Shown here: in pieces, positions 45,098-57,273 of the stretch
Numbering within the stretch: the stretch's first letter is position 1
Layout: each line of letters opens with the position of its first letter
Assembly: GCA_001661245.1 (NCBI GenBank)
Contig: KV454011.1
Location: forward strand, 1,900,041-1,964,040
From: Pachysolen tannophilus NRRL Y-2460
Taxonomy: Eukaryota
DNA: 64,000 nt
Direction: 5' to 3'
Notes under the pieces: model-generated
The model's database searches: none
The model's input: the letters and a program-made list of their open reading frames with translations, nothing else
Told to the model about the DNA's origin: nothing
Program-made: the position numbers and the translations under genes

Positions 45098-45442
45098 GAG
45101 AAAAAAATTTTTTTTAGAAGAAAATAAAAAAAAAAAAAAATCAAAGTGAAAGGAGATCTCGGTGCGGAAAGATAGAAATTTTTCCCTTATTGGAACCGAT
45201 GACGTAGGTGAAGATGATAATACTAAATAATACTAATAATAACGATACTTTTGTATAGTACTAAAAAGGGGGAAGAAAATTTTTTAAAAAAAAAGCGCAC
45301 ATAAAAGAAAAAAAAAACAAAATATAGAGATGACATGTCACTTTTGATCAAGGGCGTGTACGGTTGAACACGACACAATAAGAGACATGAAAGACACAGA
45401 AAAGACACAGAAAAGATACACACGCACGACACAAGAGACACA

Positions 45443-47041
45443 TTAGTCTGTAGTACTTTCAGTAGTATTAAGTTGTGGTAAAGATGGTTGTGTAGTTTCT
45501 TGCTTGTTTTCCGTTTCTTCTTGCACTGGTGGTATAACAGGTTCTTGATTTTCAACTGGAGGAGGAGGAGTAGCTGTGTGAGGGATCTCAACTGGGTTAG
45601 CAACTGCGTTAACAACTGTGTCGACAACTGGGTTAGCGGTTTCGTTGGTGATTTCGTTAGCGATTGCGCTATCATTGGCTCCTGGTTCTTCCAGTTCCAC
45701 CGTGCTGCTACTGCTTTTTTGCACTTCTGTAGCGGCAGCTAAATCAGCAGTAGATATATCAGCGGCAGCTGAATCGGCAGTTGCTGAATCAGCAACATGT
45801 GTATTACCAGCAGTTTCTGATTCAGTTATACCTTGTTCTTCAGGTTCATAATCTACTTGTTTTCTTTTATACCTTTCTTCTCTTGAAATTGCACCAAGAC
45901 TATTTTCTCTACTGAGATATTCGTTTTCTTTTAGTTTCATTCTCTTTGCTGCTCTGATGGAGGCAGCTTCTTGTCTCATAATTTCTTCTTCTTTTAATCT
46001 TATTTCTTCATCTTCTTGTCTTTTTTTCTGTTTTTCTTCTAATCTTGAAGATCTTTTCCTATGTTGAAGCATATTTTGTATTTTTATTTGTTTTTGTCTT
46101 GATAATTCCAGTCTACGTCTTTTAAGGTCATTTTCTGCAACTTTTTCATAATGTGGTTTTAATGATCTATATAATTGTGAAGATTTTGAATGTTTAGATA
46201 TAAATGAATCAAATTCATAAATATTAGTTGCTAAACATTTAAATTTTTTCAAAATTGGTTCAATATTATTATAAATTTCATCAATTGATAAAGGTGGATT
46301 TCCTGATTTATTTATTTTTTTAAAAAATTCTTTTCTTGATTTTGGAATTATTAATTTTGGAAATTCTAATTCTTTATAATATAATCTTGAATCTGGTAAT
46401 ATAAAATATTCTTCTCTTAAATTTGATTTTTTATTTGAAGTTAAAGTTAATATTGGCATAACTCTCAGTTCTTGAGAAGGTTTAATAAATTTTGAATCAA
46501 TTATTTTTCTTAATGATTCATTATGATTAGTACATAATATTATTAATTCATAATAAATATCAATTTGTTCAATTAAATTTAATTGATAAAAATTAAATTT
46601 TATTAATTCTTCATCAGTTGGATATTTATCTAAAAAAAATTGTGGTAATAAATTTTGTAAAAAATGATTAAATTCATTAAAATTTCCAAATTCATCTATA
46701 ATTGAATCATTAATTTTATAACCAATTAAAAATTGAAGAGCATGAGATTTAAATTTATTTAAAAATTGTGGAGGATTTAATTGTAATAATTCTTCTTCAA
46801 AAGAATCAACATCAAAATGTTCCCCATTTAATTTGATAATACCTCTAAAAAGATAAAACCATTGTACTATAAAACTAAATTTCCAATAATTTCTTAATTC
46901 TTCAAGTCTATTAGCATAAATTGGATCATCTAATGGTAATTTCCATGGCGCTTTTAATAAATGCAGTCTTAAATCATCAGATAAAAGATTACATAGCAGA
47001 TGCGCCGGATGCTCAGGTGATGGTGTCGGTGTCGGCAGCAT
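45443..47041 (-). CDS. DDT/WHIM-like chromatin-remodelling accessory protein (possible Ioc2-like ISWI partner)
   Basis: N-terminal LRNYWKF.FI.QW.Y.F...IKL..E.FDV..FEEELL (DDT-like), EYFIL.D.RLY (WHIM-like), basic coiled coil RKRSSRLEEK; adjacent to KIN1/2. Confidence 0.55.
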   Translation of the reverse strand: MLPTPTPSPEHPAHLLCNLLSDDLRLHLLKAPWKLPLDDPIYANRLEELRNYWKFSFIVQWFYLFRGIIKLNGEHFDVDSFEEELLQLNPPQFLNKFKSHALQFLIGYKINDSIIDEFGNFNEFNHFLQNLLPQFFLDKYPTDEELIKFNFYQLNLIEQIDIYYELIILCTNHNESLRKIIDSKFIKPSQELRVMPILTLTSNKKSNLREEYFILPDSRLYYKELEFPKLIIPKSRKEFFKKINKSGNPPLSIDEIYNNIEPILKKFKCLATNIYEFDSFISKHSKSSQLYRSLKPHYEKVAENDLKRRRLELSRQKQIKIQNMLQHRKRSSRLEEKQKKRQEDEEIRLKEEEIMRQEAASIRAAKRMKLKENEYLSRENSLGAISREERYKRKQVDYEPEEQGITESETAGNTHVADSATADSAAADISTADLAAATEVQKSSSSTVELEEPGANDSAIANEITNETANPVVDTVVNAVANPVEIPHTATPPPPVENQEPVIPPVQEETENKQETTQPSLPQLNTTESTTD

Positions 47042-48204
47042 TTTTCAAAAAAAATTATTCAATTCTCACCAATATAAATATATATATATTTATATATATA
47101 TATGTTTTTATCAACGCGCCCTAAATGTGAAAAGTCAAAAACACTTTAAAAAAAAAAAAAGAGAAATCAAATAAAGGTAGTGCTAAATAGTACACAACTT
47201 ACGAAAACAGAAATCCCTGGTTTTTTAATAACTTTCTGTTGCTTATTGATATTACATACACGTCTTTGTAATGTATCAGCAGGTTTTAAAATTTATAACA
47301 AGAAAAGAAAAAAAAAATTTTTTTGCCCGCATAAAACAGCAGAAGCACTAGTAACAGCAGTAGAAGTAGTAATAAGCAGTAAGAGTATTAATTATTCAAT
47401 ATTTTTTTTCAATTGACCGAGTAAACAAGAAAAAAAAAAAGCTACATGTAAATCAGCAAGATCAAATCATCAAGATATAATTGATGGATATCTCTAATTA
47501 ATGAATTGCCTTTCCTGCTCATACAAGAATAGATCTTGGTTATTTAAAACCAAATATATTTTATATATATATATATATATAAATATATATATGAATCGTA
47601 TGAGCCAATTAAATTTATTATATTCATAATGGTAAGAGCCAGTTCCGAGGGTGTTCTAAATTTCAAAGTAATTATGAATTTCTGTTTTTCCTGACCCTCG
47701 GTTCAGTTTAGATCGTTTAAATTTCTTTCTAATTTTTTTTGCTTTGCTTTTCCTCTTTTGGTATTCGCTAGAAAGTAAAGGAAAAATTATTTAAAATGAC
47801 CCGTCAAAAAAATTAGGAACCACCGGCTCATACCGGTTTATCTTGTTTTCTTAACTGCTTAGACCCTCGAAACTCATTTTCCATTCATTTTCCACTCATT
47901 TTTCATGCCTTTTCTTGGTCAAAATTAGCGGTGAAAAAAAAAAAAAGAAAAATTTGAATATTGTTGATCATTTTCTACCGTTTTTTTTTTCTTTTTTTTT
48001 TTTTTTACTCTTTTTATATTAGAATCTCTTTTTAATATTTCTTTCTTTTTTTTATATATATATATATATTGATATAACTATTCTCAGTTTGAAGAAAGGA
48101 ACAATCAAAGTTTGTTTTTTTTTTTGTTTGTTTGTTTGTTTAATTCAACGTGGTTATATAGCTGTTACACAAAAGAAAAGGTAATAAAAAGAAAAATAAA
48201 GAAT

Positions 48205-49983
48205 ATGGAATCTTTAGCTCGTCAATCATTGAATGCTTGTCCATTTGTTCGTTCAACTTCAGCAAATGCAATGAGACTGTTATCCAAGAATTCGAACTTG
48301 GTTATGCAGGCAAGACATTGTCCAGTTATGGGTCCAGCTTTGGAGCAACAGAGAGAATACTCAACTCCTTCTAAACCAGTACAGGCTGCTGCCACTTCTG
48401 CCGTGTCACCAACGCCGGAAGTTGTTGTTGCTCCCGCACCAGCTCCAGCTACCGCACCAGCTTCTGGTTCAACTACTTCAAGTCAAGCTTCCAATCCAGT
48501 TTCAATTCATGGTCGTGGTAACCGTCAGCCGATTAGTTTTGCTTCCAATGAAACTTCTTTTGATTTTGATGGTTTATTTGAAACTGATATTTTGAAAAAA
48601 CGTCAAGAAAGTTCATATCGTTATTTTAATAATATTAATCGTTTAGCAAAAGAATTTCCTAGAGCTCATCGTGATACTGAAGATGATAAAGTGACTGTTT
48701 GGTGTTCAAATGATTATTTGGGAATGGGTAGAAATGAAAAAATTTTAGAAACCATGAAGGCAACTTTAGAAAAATATGGTGCAGGTGCTGGTGGTACTAG
48801 AAATATTGCTGGTCATAATATGCATGCCATTAATTTAGAAAGTGAATTGGCGGCGTTGCATAAACAAGAGGCTGCATTGGTTTTTTCATCTTGTTTTATT
48901 GCCAATGATGCTGTTATCTCATTATTGGGTCAAAAAATTAAAGATTTAGTTATCTTTAGTGATGCTTTAAATCATGCTTCAATGATTGTTGGTATTAAAA
49001 ATTCAAGAGCTAAAAAGGAAATCTTTAGTCATAATAATTTAGAAGATTTAGAACTGAAGTTAGCTTCTTACCCACGTTCTACTCCAAAATTAATTGCTTT
49101 TGAATCTGTTTATTCAATGTGTGGTTCCGTGGCTCCAATTGAAAAAATTTGTGATTTGGCCCATAAATATGGTGCTTTAACTTTCTTGGATGAAGTCCAT
49201 GCAGTTGGTATGTATGGTCCTCATGGTGCTGGTGTCGCTGAGCATTTAGATTTCGAAGCTCATTTAAAAGCAGGTATCGCATCACCAAAAGGTATTACTA
49301 CAATTTTAGATAAAATTGATATGGTTACAGGTACCTTGGGTAAATCTTTTGGTACCGTTGGTGGTTACGTTGCAGGATCTGCAAATTTAATCGATTGGTT
49401 TAGATCTTTTGCTCCAGGTTTTATTTTCACCACATCTCTTCCTCCAGCTGTTATGGCTGGTACTGCAACTTCGATTAGAATTGTTAGAGCTAATATCGAA
49501 GATAGAGTTAAACAGCAGAAAAACACTCGTTATGTTAAGGATCAATTGAATCAATTGGGTATTCCAATCATTCCAAATCCTTCACATATTGTTCCAGTTC
49601 TTGTTGGTGATGCCGCTGCAGCAAAAAAGGCTTCTGATTTACTTATGGACAAACATAGAATTTATGTCCAAGCAATCAATTTCCCAACTGTTGCTAGAGG
49701 TGAAGAAAGATTAAGAATCACTCCAACTCCAGGTCACGGTAAGGAAATCAGTGATGTTCTTATTGGTGCCATTGATGATGTTTTCACAGAATTGAACTTG
49801 AGAAGAATCCCATCTTGGGAAAATGTCGGCGGCCATTGCGGTGTTGGCGTTGCAGGTTCAAAACCAGCTCAACATTTATGGACTAATAAACAATTGGAAT
49901 TGACAAACAAAGATTTGAATCCAAATTGTATGGAACCTGTTATCAAACAATTGAAAGTTTCTTCAGGTATTCCTGTTGCTTAA
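48205..49983 (+). CDS. HEM1: 5-aminolevulinate synthase, mitochondrial
   Basis: [62 protein letters not shown] (PLP lysine), [17 protein letters not shown]. First ATG at 48205. Confidence 0.98.
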   Translation: MESLARQSLNACPFVRSTSANAMRLLSKNSNLVMQARHCPVMGPALEQQREYSTPSKPVQAAATSAVSPTPEVVVAPAPAPATAPASGSTTSSQASNPVSIHGRGNRQPISFASNETSFDFDGLFETDILKKRQESSYRYFNNINRLAKEFPRAHRDTEDDKVTVWCSNDYLGMGRNEKILETMKATLEKYGAGAGGTRNIAGHNMHAINLESELAALHKQEAALVFSSCFIANDAVISLLGQKIKDLVIFSDALNHASMIVGIKNSRAKKEIFSHNNLEDLELKLASYPRSTPKLIAFESVYSMCGSVAPIEKICDLAHKYGALTFLDEVHAVGMYGPHGAGVAEHLDFEAHLKAGIASPKGITTILDKIDMVTGTLGKSFGTVGGYVAGSANLIDWFRSFAPGFIFTTSLPPAVMAGTATSIRIVRANIEDRVKQQKNTRYVKDQLNQLGIPIIPNPSHIVPVLVGDAAAAKKASDLLMDKHRIYVQAINFPTVARGEERLRITPTPGHGKEISDVLIGAIDDVFTELNLRRIPSWENVGGHCGVGVAGSKPAQHLWTNKQLELTNKDLNPNCMEPVIKQLKVSSGIPVA

Positions 49984-50847
49984 AAAGGTACAAAAGAAGG
50001 ATATGTGGAAAATTCAAAACTAATCTAAATTGCTGAACTTCAAAATTTGTTATTTAAAATATTTATTAATTTTTGATACAATTGAATCTTTCCACTATTT
50101 ATTAAATAATGTTCACAGTTAATTTAAAAAAGATTATTCCAATTTTCTTCCTTGACCTCTTTATGTCATCAATTTGTCCACTTTATATATATTACCTTTT
50201 TTTTTTTTTTATTTTTGTTTCTTAAATTTTTTAATCATTTTACTTTCTATTTCAATGTTTTACGATTTCTCTTTTCTTTTCCTTCTTATTTATTGGAAAT
50301 AAAAGAATAAACTTATTATTATTGAACGTAACCACAAAAATTATTTATTGTAGTCTTAAAAAGAAGACATAAAGTTTTGAACAATGACTGTCCGTAAAAG
50401 TATTCCAACAAAGAATTAAAAAAAGAAAACAAAAAAAAAAAAAAGTAAATGTTAACAATAGTTCATTTCGCATGGTATATATATATATAATAGAACAATT
50501 AACTTATTATCATCAGTTCATATTCAGTAAGTACCGTTTACCAATTTTTTTTTTTAATAATATAATATAATATACAACAAGTTTTTTTTTTTTTTAAACA
50601 TCGCTTTTCATTTTAGATTTTAGATGTTTTTTGGGCTTTTTTTTTTTTAGATTTAGCTTCAAATTTTTATCTTTTGAAAAACAATCTCTTCTTTTCATTA
50701 AGTCAATTCAATTCCGTGGTCCATTTTGTAAAAAATGAAAAGATTATAGGAAAAACTCCTTTTGAACAATAATACAGTTAAAGAACAAAAAAAAAAAAAT
50801 AAAAATAAAAATAAAAAAAAAAAAAAAAAAACCAACCAACTCTATAA

Positions 50848-53415
50848 TTATTGACCATTACCTTCTTCACCAAATTTAGTTCTCTTTTTGTCCCCTCCAA
50901 TAGCTACCGTATCTTTGCCATCAAGCTGATGAACCTGTCTGGCCCCTTGTTCATTGATGATTGATTCATCCGATTTTTTCGAAATCGTGCCGTTTGACTT
51001 GGCCTCATCACCATTTTCTTTGAATTCTTTTTCTTGTCTTCTAGCGAAATCAGATAATTTCTGTTCTAAGAGCAATTCTCTTTGTCTTGCTGAACTTTCC
51101 AGCTGTTCTAATTCCATGATTCTTGTCTTATACAAATCGTTAACCAATTCTAACTCAGAAATCCTTGTTCTAAGAATGTTGACATCATCAGTATTGATCT
51201 TGGTCAAAGGAGATGATGATCTATGAGGTTGTTGTTGTTGTTGCAGTTGCAGTTGCAGTTGCTGAGATTGGCTTAAGTGCAGTAACAATGGCTGGGAATT
51301 CTGTTGTTGATAATGTATTTGTGGAAGCTGATGGATTGGATTTAGTAAAGATGGTGGTTGTTGCTGTTGTAAAGAAGGTGATGTGGAAGACGTGCCACTA
51401 CTTTGAGTTAGACTTGGTAATGTCGGATTACCAACAGAGTTATGATTCATCAAAGGTTTCAAAGATGTCAATGGCGGAGGAGTACTTGAATTAGTATATC
51501 TCTGGCTGCCAAGGTCACCCAGTGAATTGGTTAATGAACTAATACCAGGAATAGAATTTGACAATGAGCTATGTTGTTGCAGATGATTTTGTTGGGATAA
51601 AGAAAATTGGGGACCAAAACTTGGCGAAGTGGCAGCAACTGCTGATGATGATGATTCTTGTGCAGCAGCAGATGAAGATACAGAAGCAGGTGCACTTACC
51701 CCTTTTTGTTGTTGATTTGCAGCTGCCGCAGAGACAAGGGCAGGGAGCTTTGTTGATGAATTTGAGCTTGATCCCATAGCATTCATTAAAGGAGAGTTGA
51801 TACCATTTAAAGCAGAAGAAGGTGAATACGGAACTTTCATCAAACCAGTTCCACTTCTATTCCTTGACATTGTATAGCTATTATTGTTATTTATATGACC
51901 ATCTTCTTCCAATTTAATACCTGGAATTTTCCTATCATCATGTTCATGTGCCAAATTTTCTAAAGTTCCTGCAGCTGCGTATTCTCTATCTTTATTAGTA
52001 TTACCAGCAGAACTTGTTGAACCTCTAAGACTTGCACGTTCTGAAGATTGTGAAGGATTAAACTTTGGTGTTGTACTTGCCAATAATAAAGGAGATGTGA
52101 TTGTAGTTAAATTCGGAGCAAACTGTGCTGGAGTAGACGATGGATAATGTAATGGTTGAGCAAAATGATGGTGACTACTAGCATGCCCTTGTAAATGATG
52201 CAGGTGCAGCACTTGAGAAGGATGTGGATGTGGTTTCAAATACCCACTACCACCACCAGCTCCTGTTGCTGACATCGCATAAGGGGAGTTTACTGTTGAT
52301 GCCGAGGTCTGAGGATGTAAATTAGAAGACCAACTAGAAGTGTATGGATATGGTGAATTGTTTCCCGTTGCTTGTTGTCCCCTTGGTAATAATGGAATCA
52401 AACTTGGTTGTTGAGAGGAAGAATTTCCTGTGTTACCAGTATTAGCATTAGTAGCTGTTGCTCCTGCCACTCCAATTGTTTGTGTTCCCGGTTGGCTTGC
52501 TGATTCCCCACCAGGCAAACTTGTTGAAGAACCTATAGAAGTGACTCCCATCTTATTATTATCCTGGAGACTAGGGGAATTCTTATCATTTTTTCCTGTA
52601 GAAGGTTTATACTGTTTTGGGGAGAACTTCCCTGAAGAATTTATCCTTTCTCTTGCTCTCAACTCCGGAGTATTTGGTCCACTACTCAAAGTCCCTTGAT
52701 TATTAGAAACATTAACTGCTGAATTATTTGCTGAACCCATGGCTGAACTTATGGTAGAACCTGTAGTTGAACCATTATTATTATTATTACTATTATTACT
52801 ATTATTATTATTATTTTTACCATTTTGATTATGTTTAACTCTATTTCTAGATTTGATAACATCAGTCTTTAACGAGATTGGTCTTGGTCTTCCATGAAGC
52901 TTTAAAAATAATCCACATGCATTACACAACACTTGTCCACTCTCATCTCTACGCCATAAAGGTGTTGTTTGAGTCTTACAATTATGACATATTGGTGAAG
53001 AAATATTTGTCTTTGTTGTTGTTGATCCATTCGACGTATTAATAGTCGAAGTTGTCTTTGCATTTGGATGAACTGGATTACGATCTTGCGATGAACTAGA
53101 TAAACTAGATGACCGCGAATCCCTTTGATGATGTATTTGATCCTCTTGTTCTTTCTTTTGCTCCAACCCTGATCCTGCCCCAGACCCTGTCAAGGAAAAC
53201 GAGGACTGAAGAGGAAGCAGCAGCTGGGGCAGCAGCTGAGGCTGCTGCTGCAGACTCCCCAGTAAACTCCCCAGCGAACTCACTTGTAAAGGCTGCTGCT
53301 GTTGCTGTTGCAGTGACGGCGGCAGAGGCGGTGAGGACACCAGCGCCGGGGCCCGGTGCTGGTGCTGCAGCTGAATCGCCGCGATTGACGGTAAACTTCT
53401 ATTGGGAGCAGACAT
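50848..53415 (-). CDS. GZF3: GATA zinc-finger repressor with C-terminal leucine zipper (Gzf3/Dal80)
   Basis: [50 protein letters not shown] and zipper [23 protein letters not shown]. First ATG at 53415. Confidence 0.9.
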   Translation of the reverse strand: MSAPNRSLPSIAAIQLQHQHRAPALVSSPPLPPSLQQQQQQPLQVSSLGSLLGSLQQQPQLLPQLLLPLQSSFSLTGSGAGSGLEQKKEQEDQIHHQRDSRSSSLSSSSQDRNPVHPNAKTTSTINTSNGSTTTKTNISSPICHNCKTQTTPLWRRDESGQVLCNACGLFLKLHGRPRPISLKTDVIKSRNRVKHNQNGKNNNNNSNNSNNNNNGSTTGSTISSAMGSANNSAVNVSNNQGTLSSGPNTPELRARERINSSGKFSPKQYKPSTGKNDKNSPSLQDNNKMGVTSIGSSTSLPGGESASQPGTQTIGVAGATATNANTGNTGNSSSQQPSLIPLLPRGQQATGNNSPYPYTSSWSSNLHPQTSASTVNSPYAMSATGAGGGSGYLKPHPHPSQVLHLHHLQGHASSHHHFAQPLHYPSSTPAQFAPNLTTITSPLLLASTTPKFNPSQSSERASLRGSTSSAGNTNKDREYAAAGTLENLAHEHDDRKIPGIKLEEDGHINNNNSYTMSRNRSGTGLMKVPYSPSSALNGINSPLMNAMGSSSNSSTKLPALVSAAAANQQQKGVSAPASVSSSAAAQESSSSAVAATSPSFGPQFSLSQQNHLQQHSSLSNSIPGISSLTNSLGDLGSQRYTNSSTPPPLTSLKPLMNHNSVGNPTLPSLTQSSGTSSTSPSLQQQQPPSLLNPIHQLPQIHYQQQNSQPLLLHLSQSQQLQLQLQQQQQPHRSSSPLTKINTDDVNILRTRISELELVNDLYKTRIMELEQLESSARQRELLLEQKLSDFARRQEKEFKENGDEAKSNGTISKKSDESIINEQGARQVHQLDGKDTVAIGGDKKRTKFGEEGNGQ

Positions 53416-53891
53416 ATTAAAAAACACTCTATCTCAGCAAAAAAAAAAGCAAAAAAAGAATAGAGATCAAAAGAGCAAAACCAATAATCAAAAAAAAAAA
53501 AAAAAAATTCTAATATAAAATAATAATAACAAATATTAATAACAAATATTAATATTAACAGTAACAATAATTTTAGTAGTAATAATAATAGTAGTAGTAG
53601 TGATACATATACGTAAAAAAAAAAATAGTATCCTATCAAACTATCTATAGATAATAATAATAATAATAACAATAATTAATTACTAAAAAAATGAAAACTC
53701 CTTTTTCTATTTCCCAATATATCTAATGTATTTATTGAATGATATATGAATAACTTATTTCTTATCTTTCCTTTTGTACTATTTTTCTTAAAAAATTTGT
53801 TAATTATTGATAAGTGAAATAAATGAGAGGAAAAGAAATTAATTTTTTTGGTCAAAGAAATCGGTGAAAAAAAAAAATTTTTTTTTTTTTC

Positions 53892-53931
<40 letters not shown>

Positions 53932-53953
53932 TTTTTTTTTTTTTTTTTTTTTT

Positions 53954-54331
53954 NNNNNNNNNNNNNNNNNNNNNNNNNNNNNNNNNNNNNNNNNNNNNNN
54001 NNNNNNNNNNNNNNNNNNNNNNNNNNNNNNNNNNNNNNNNNNNNNNNNNNNNNNNNNNNNNNNNNNNNNNNNNNNNNNNNNNNNNNNNNNNNNNNNNNNN
54101 NNNNNNNNNNNNNNNNNNNNNNNNNNNNNNNNNNNNNNNNNNNNNNNNNNNNNNNNNNNNNNNNNNNNNNNNNNNNNNNNNNNNNNNNNNNNNNNNNNNN
54201 NNNNNNNNNNNNNNNNNNNNNNNNNNNNNNNNNNNNNNNNNNNNNNNNNNNNNNNNNNNNNNNNNNNNNNNNNNNNNNNNNNNNNNNNNNNNNNNNNNNN
54301 NNNNNNNNNNNNNNNNNNNNNNNNNNNNNNN
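53954..54331. other. Assembly gap (N run) flanked by poly-T/poly-A
   Basis: Run of N characters. Confidence 0.99.
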
Positions 54332-54933
54332 AAAAATTTTTTTTTTTTATTTTTTATTTTTTTTATCTTATCGCCAATTGACACGTATAAATGGATTTGA
54401 ACGGAAATTTGGGATTCGATCGGGTTGACAGATCGGCAGATTTACTGTTGTGCCTAAAGGGGTATGCGTGCCCGTGGTTCTGAATGATTGTTAGTTTTTT
54501 TTTTTTTGGCAGATTTTTTTTTCCAGTGTGTTTTTGGTGGCCCCGTGCCTGGAAGTTTCCGCCGGTTCATAGGCGGATAAGATTCCTTGGGGTTCCGCCT
54601 AGAAGTGGCCCGTCATTTCTTTGAGTTTCCCGCCTACCAGTTTGTTTAATAATTGTCTAGTTGTCTAGTTGTCTAGCTGATGGTTACTTAACAGTGTTTC
54701 CAACCTAGAAAAGAAAAGAAGGGAATTGATAGCTATTGCTTTGAAAAGAGCTTAAAGTGAATCGAGAGAGACTAGATTGATGATAAGGTCATTTTACTTT
54801 TTTTTTTCTAAGAAAATATTTCGCTTATGAAAACTAGATTTCTGATTTGAGCATATTTTTTCTCTTTTTATATATATAATTATAATTATATTGTGTTGTT
54901 TTTATTGTTTTACAAGTTATTAAGTTATCGAGA

Positions 54934-56583
54934 ATGAGTCCACAGGTGGTGCTGAGACATTCGTCGCATCATTTTGTGAATGTGAAATATGGTTATTTTG
55001 TTTTTATATTTGTTGATTTGGCTTATCCTATTTACCTTTATCTTACTAGAAAATTTTATACTTTAAGATGGTCAAAATCTGGTAGATCAACAAGTTATTT
55101 AAAACTTGTTTCTATTCCACTTACATTGAAGATTTTTTTATGGAGTTTTTTAATTTTATTAATTGGGTTTTGGAATTTACATTTAGGTAATGATTTTGTG
55201 ATACATTTGAAAAGATTTGGTAGAATTTCTTATGTTTTAATTCCTTTAGATATATTACTTTCATTTAAACCATGTCCAATTCCATTTAACAATTATTTAG
55301 ATATGTTAGTTCTTCATAAATGGATATCAAGGTTGATTATAATATGTGCAATTTTCCATTCAATTGGATTTTTCATACGTTGGAGTTTATTAAATTCTTT
55401 ATCAAGAAGTACACTGAAACCATTAAATCTGTTAGGTATTGTTGTATTTGCATTATTTAGTATCTTAATAATAATTTCAATAAGACCTATAAGAAGATTT
55501 TTTTATAAATTTTTTTATATTTTCCATATGATTACAGTATGGTCAACAGTTATATTAATTGGATTTCATGCAAGACCAGGTGTAACAATTTACAGTTGCA
55601 TATGTGCTTTATTATTAATATATCAAATTTATTCACGTATAAGATATACTAAAAATATAGAAGTTTTGAATTATAAAAAACCTATAGGAGCTTCTTTACT
55701 GTTGATCACTTTATCTAAAACTTTACCACTGGTTTTTTCTCCTGCTTCACATATTAGACTTTCATTTCCTTTAACTTCATTTCAATCTTGGATTTTCCCA
55801 ACTCATCCATATACAATTGCAACACATCCAAGTGATAAAGAAATTAAATTAATTGTTAAAGAAACTCATTTTTTCAAACTTGTTAAATTTGAACAATATT
55901 CAGTTACAGGTCCATATGAATCTTTGCCTTTAAATTTTTTCCAAACAGCTGAAAATATTTGTATTATTTGTGGAGGTTCAGGTATTTCATATGGATTACC
56001 AATATATTCTCATTTTAAAAAACTGATAAATAATCATTCTGTATTTGTTAAATTGATATGGATAACTAAAAATAAAAATGATTTATATCTTTTAAATGAT
56101 TTACAAATTCAAGGAATAGAAATTTTTATCACACTGGATAAATCATCATTTATTCAAAATGTGTTAGAACCAGAAAATAATAGCAATAATAATGGAGATA
56201 GTAGTTTTATGGATGATGAAATGAATGATTTTTTAATCGATGATGATGAACTTGCTCATGACAATAATGATACACATTCTTTAGCATCAATAGATTCATT
56301 AGATCATGAATTAAATCCTTTTAATAATTCAAATACTACTGAAATAAATGGTAAAGAAAGATTTACAGGAATCAAATCACAAGCTGATTTCCGTTCAAAA
56401 AACATTGCACATTATGGTAATAGACCTATATTAAATGAATGTTTTAGAAAAAATTTAATTAAAACTGCAGATACAGCTAATAAATGGGTTATTGCATGTG
56501 GTCCCCAATCTTTAATCAATGATTGTGAGAAATTTGCAAAACAAAAGAAAACGAGATTTGCATCAGAGGTTTACGCGATGTAA
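54934..56583 (+). CDS. AIM14: Ferric-reductase-family metalloreductase / NADPH oxidase Aim14 (Yno1)
   Basis: RHS..HF.N.KYGY, KR.GRISY.L.P..I.L, LHKWISR, heme-ligand histidines, HPYTIA (FAD), CGGSGIS..LP, ACGP.SL. Confidence 0.85.
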   Translation: MSPQVVLRHSSHHFVNVKYGYFVFIFVDLAYPIYLYLTRKFYTLRWSKSGRSTSYLKLVSIPLTLKIFLWSFLILLIGFWNLHLGNDFVIHLKRFGRISYVLIPLDILLSFKPCPIPFNNYLDMLVLHKWISRLIIICAIFHSIGFFIRWSLLNSLSRSTLKPLNLLGIVVFALFSILIIISIRPIRRFFYKFFYIFHMITVWSTVILIGFHARPGVTIYSCICALLLIYQIYSRIRYTKNIEVLNYKKPIGASLLLITLSKTLPLVFSPASHIRLSFPLTSFQSWIFPTHPYTIATHPSDKEIKLIVKETHFFKLVKFEQYSVTGPYESLPLNFFQTAENICIICGGSGISYGLPIYSHFKKLINNHSVFVKLIWITKNKNDLYLLNDLQIQGIEIFITLDKSSFIQNVLEPENNSNNNGDSSFMDDEMNDFLIDDDELAHDNNDTHSLASIDSLDHELNPFNNSNTTEINGKERFTGIKSQADFRSKNIAHYGNRPILNECFRKNLIKTADTANKWVIACGPQSLINDCEKFAKQKKTRFASEVYAM

Positions 56584-57273
56584 AATAGATAAACAACATT
56601 CATTAGAAAATTTATAATTAAATCTTAATTCTATATTTTATTGTTACTCTTGAATTTTTTTTTTTTTTTTTTTGTTTTTTTTCTTTGTCTTCTACTTCTT
56701 TTTAAGTCAATTAAATCTAATTTATTATTTATATATATAAATATCTGTAAATAATCAAAGTGAATAACTGAGATAGCTATATCTAGCTAGCTAGCTATAA
56801 ATATATATATATATATATATGTACAATTAAGGATACAGCTAGTGGTTTACATGCATCAGCTATTAGAGAGAAGAAATAAAACACACATAGTTGAAATCAA
56901 CAGCCCCAGTTAGAGAAAAAAATTCTTCTAAGGTCCACAGCCCTTGTGTTATATATATTTTTTCCTAGCTAAACGAGGGCTGGTTTAATATTAGGGCTAA
57001 ATTAATAACAGGGGCGGTATTGGATTGTGTTACCTCTGATGCGCTCGCTGATGCCCTCACTGCCGCCGCCTCTTGGCAGCGGCCTCTTGGCCGTCCACAA
57101 AAAAAAAAAAACCACGGGGACTCCCGTAAGAGTTAAAGGACTGGGTTCCACTAACATGGCGGGCATACTTTTCTCTTTTCTCTTTTCTCTTTTCTCTTTT
57201 TTTTTTTTTTTTTTTTTTTATTGCAAGTCCAGATGACGTTGACCAGTTTGTTTCTTCTCTTATCCAACTGATA

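Noticed and set aside
46190..46900. Extremely AT-rich segment inside the DDT-like gene as possible foreign or mitochondrial DNA
   Set aside because: It is continuous in-frame coding sequence of a nuclear-type protein; local codon bias explains it.
53839..54400. Three ORFs of poly-K/F/X
   Set aside because: Artefacts of the N gap and flanking homopolymers.
56900..57130. RNase MRP-like GAGTCCCC...GGGGCT pairing on the minus strand
   Set aside because: Flanking CR-I and CR-V consensus bases are missing, and the 5' part is explained by a local palindrome.
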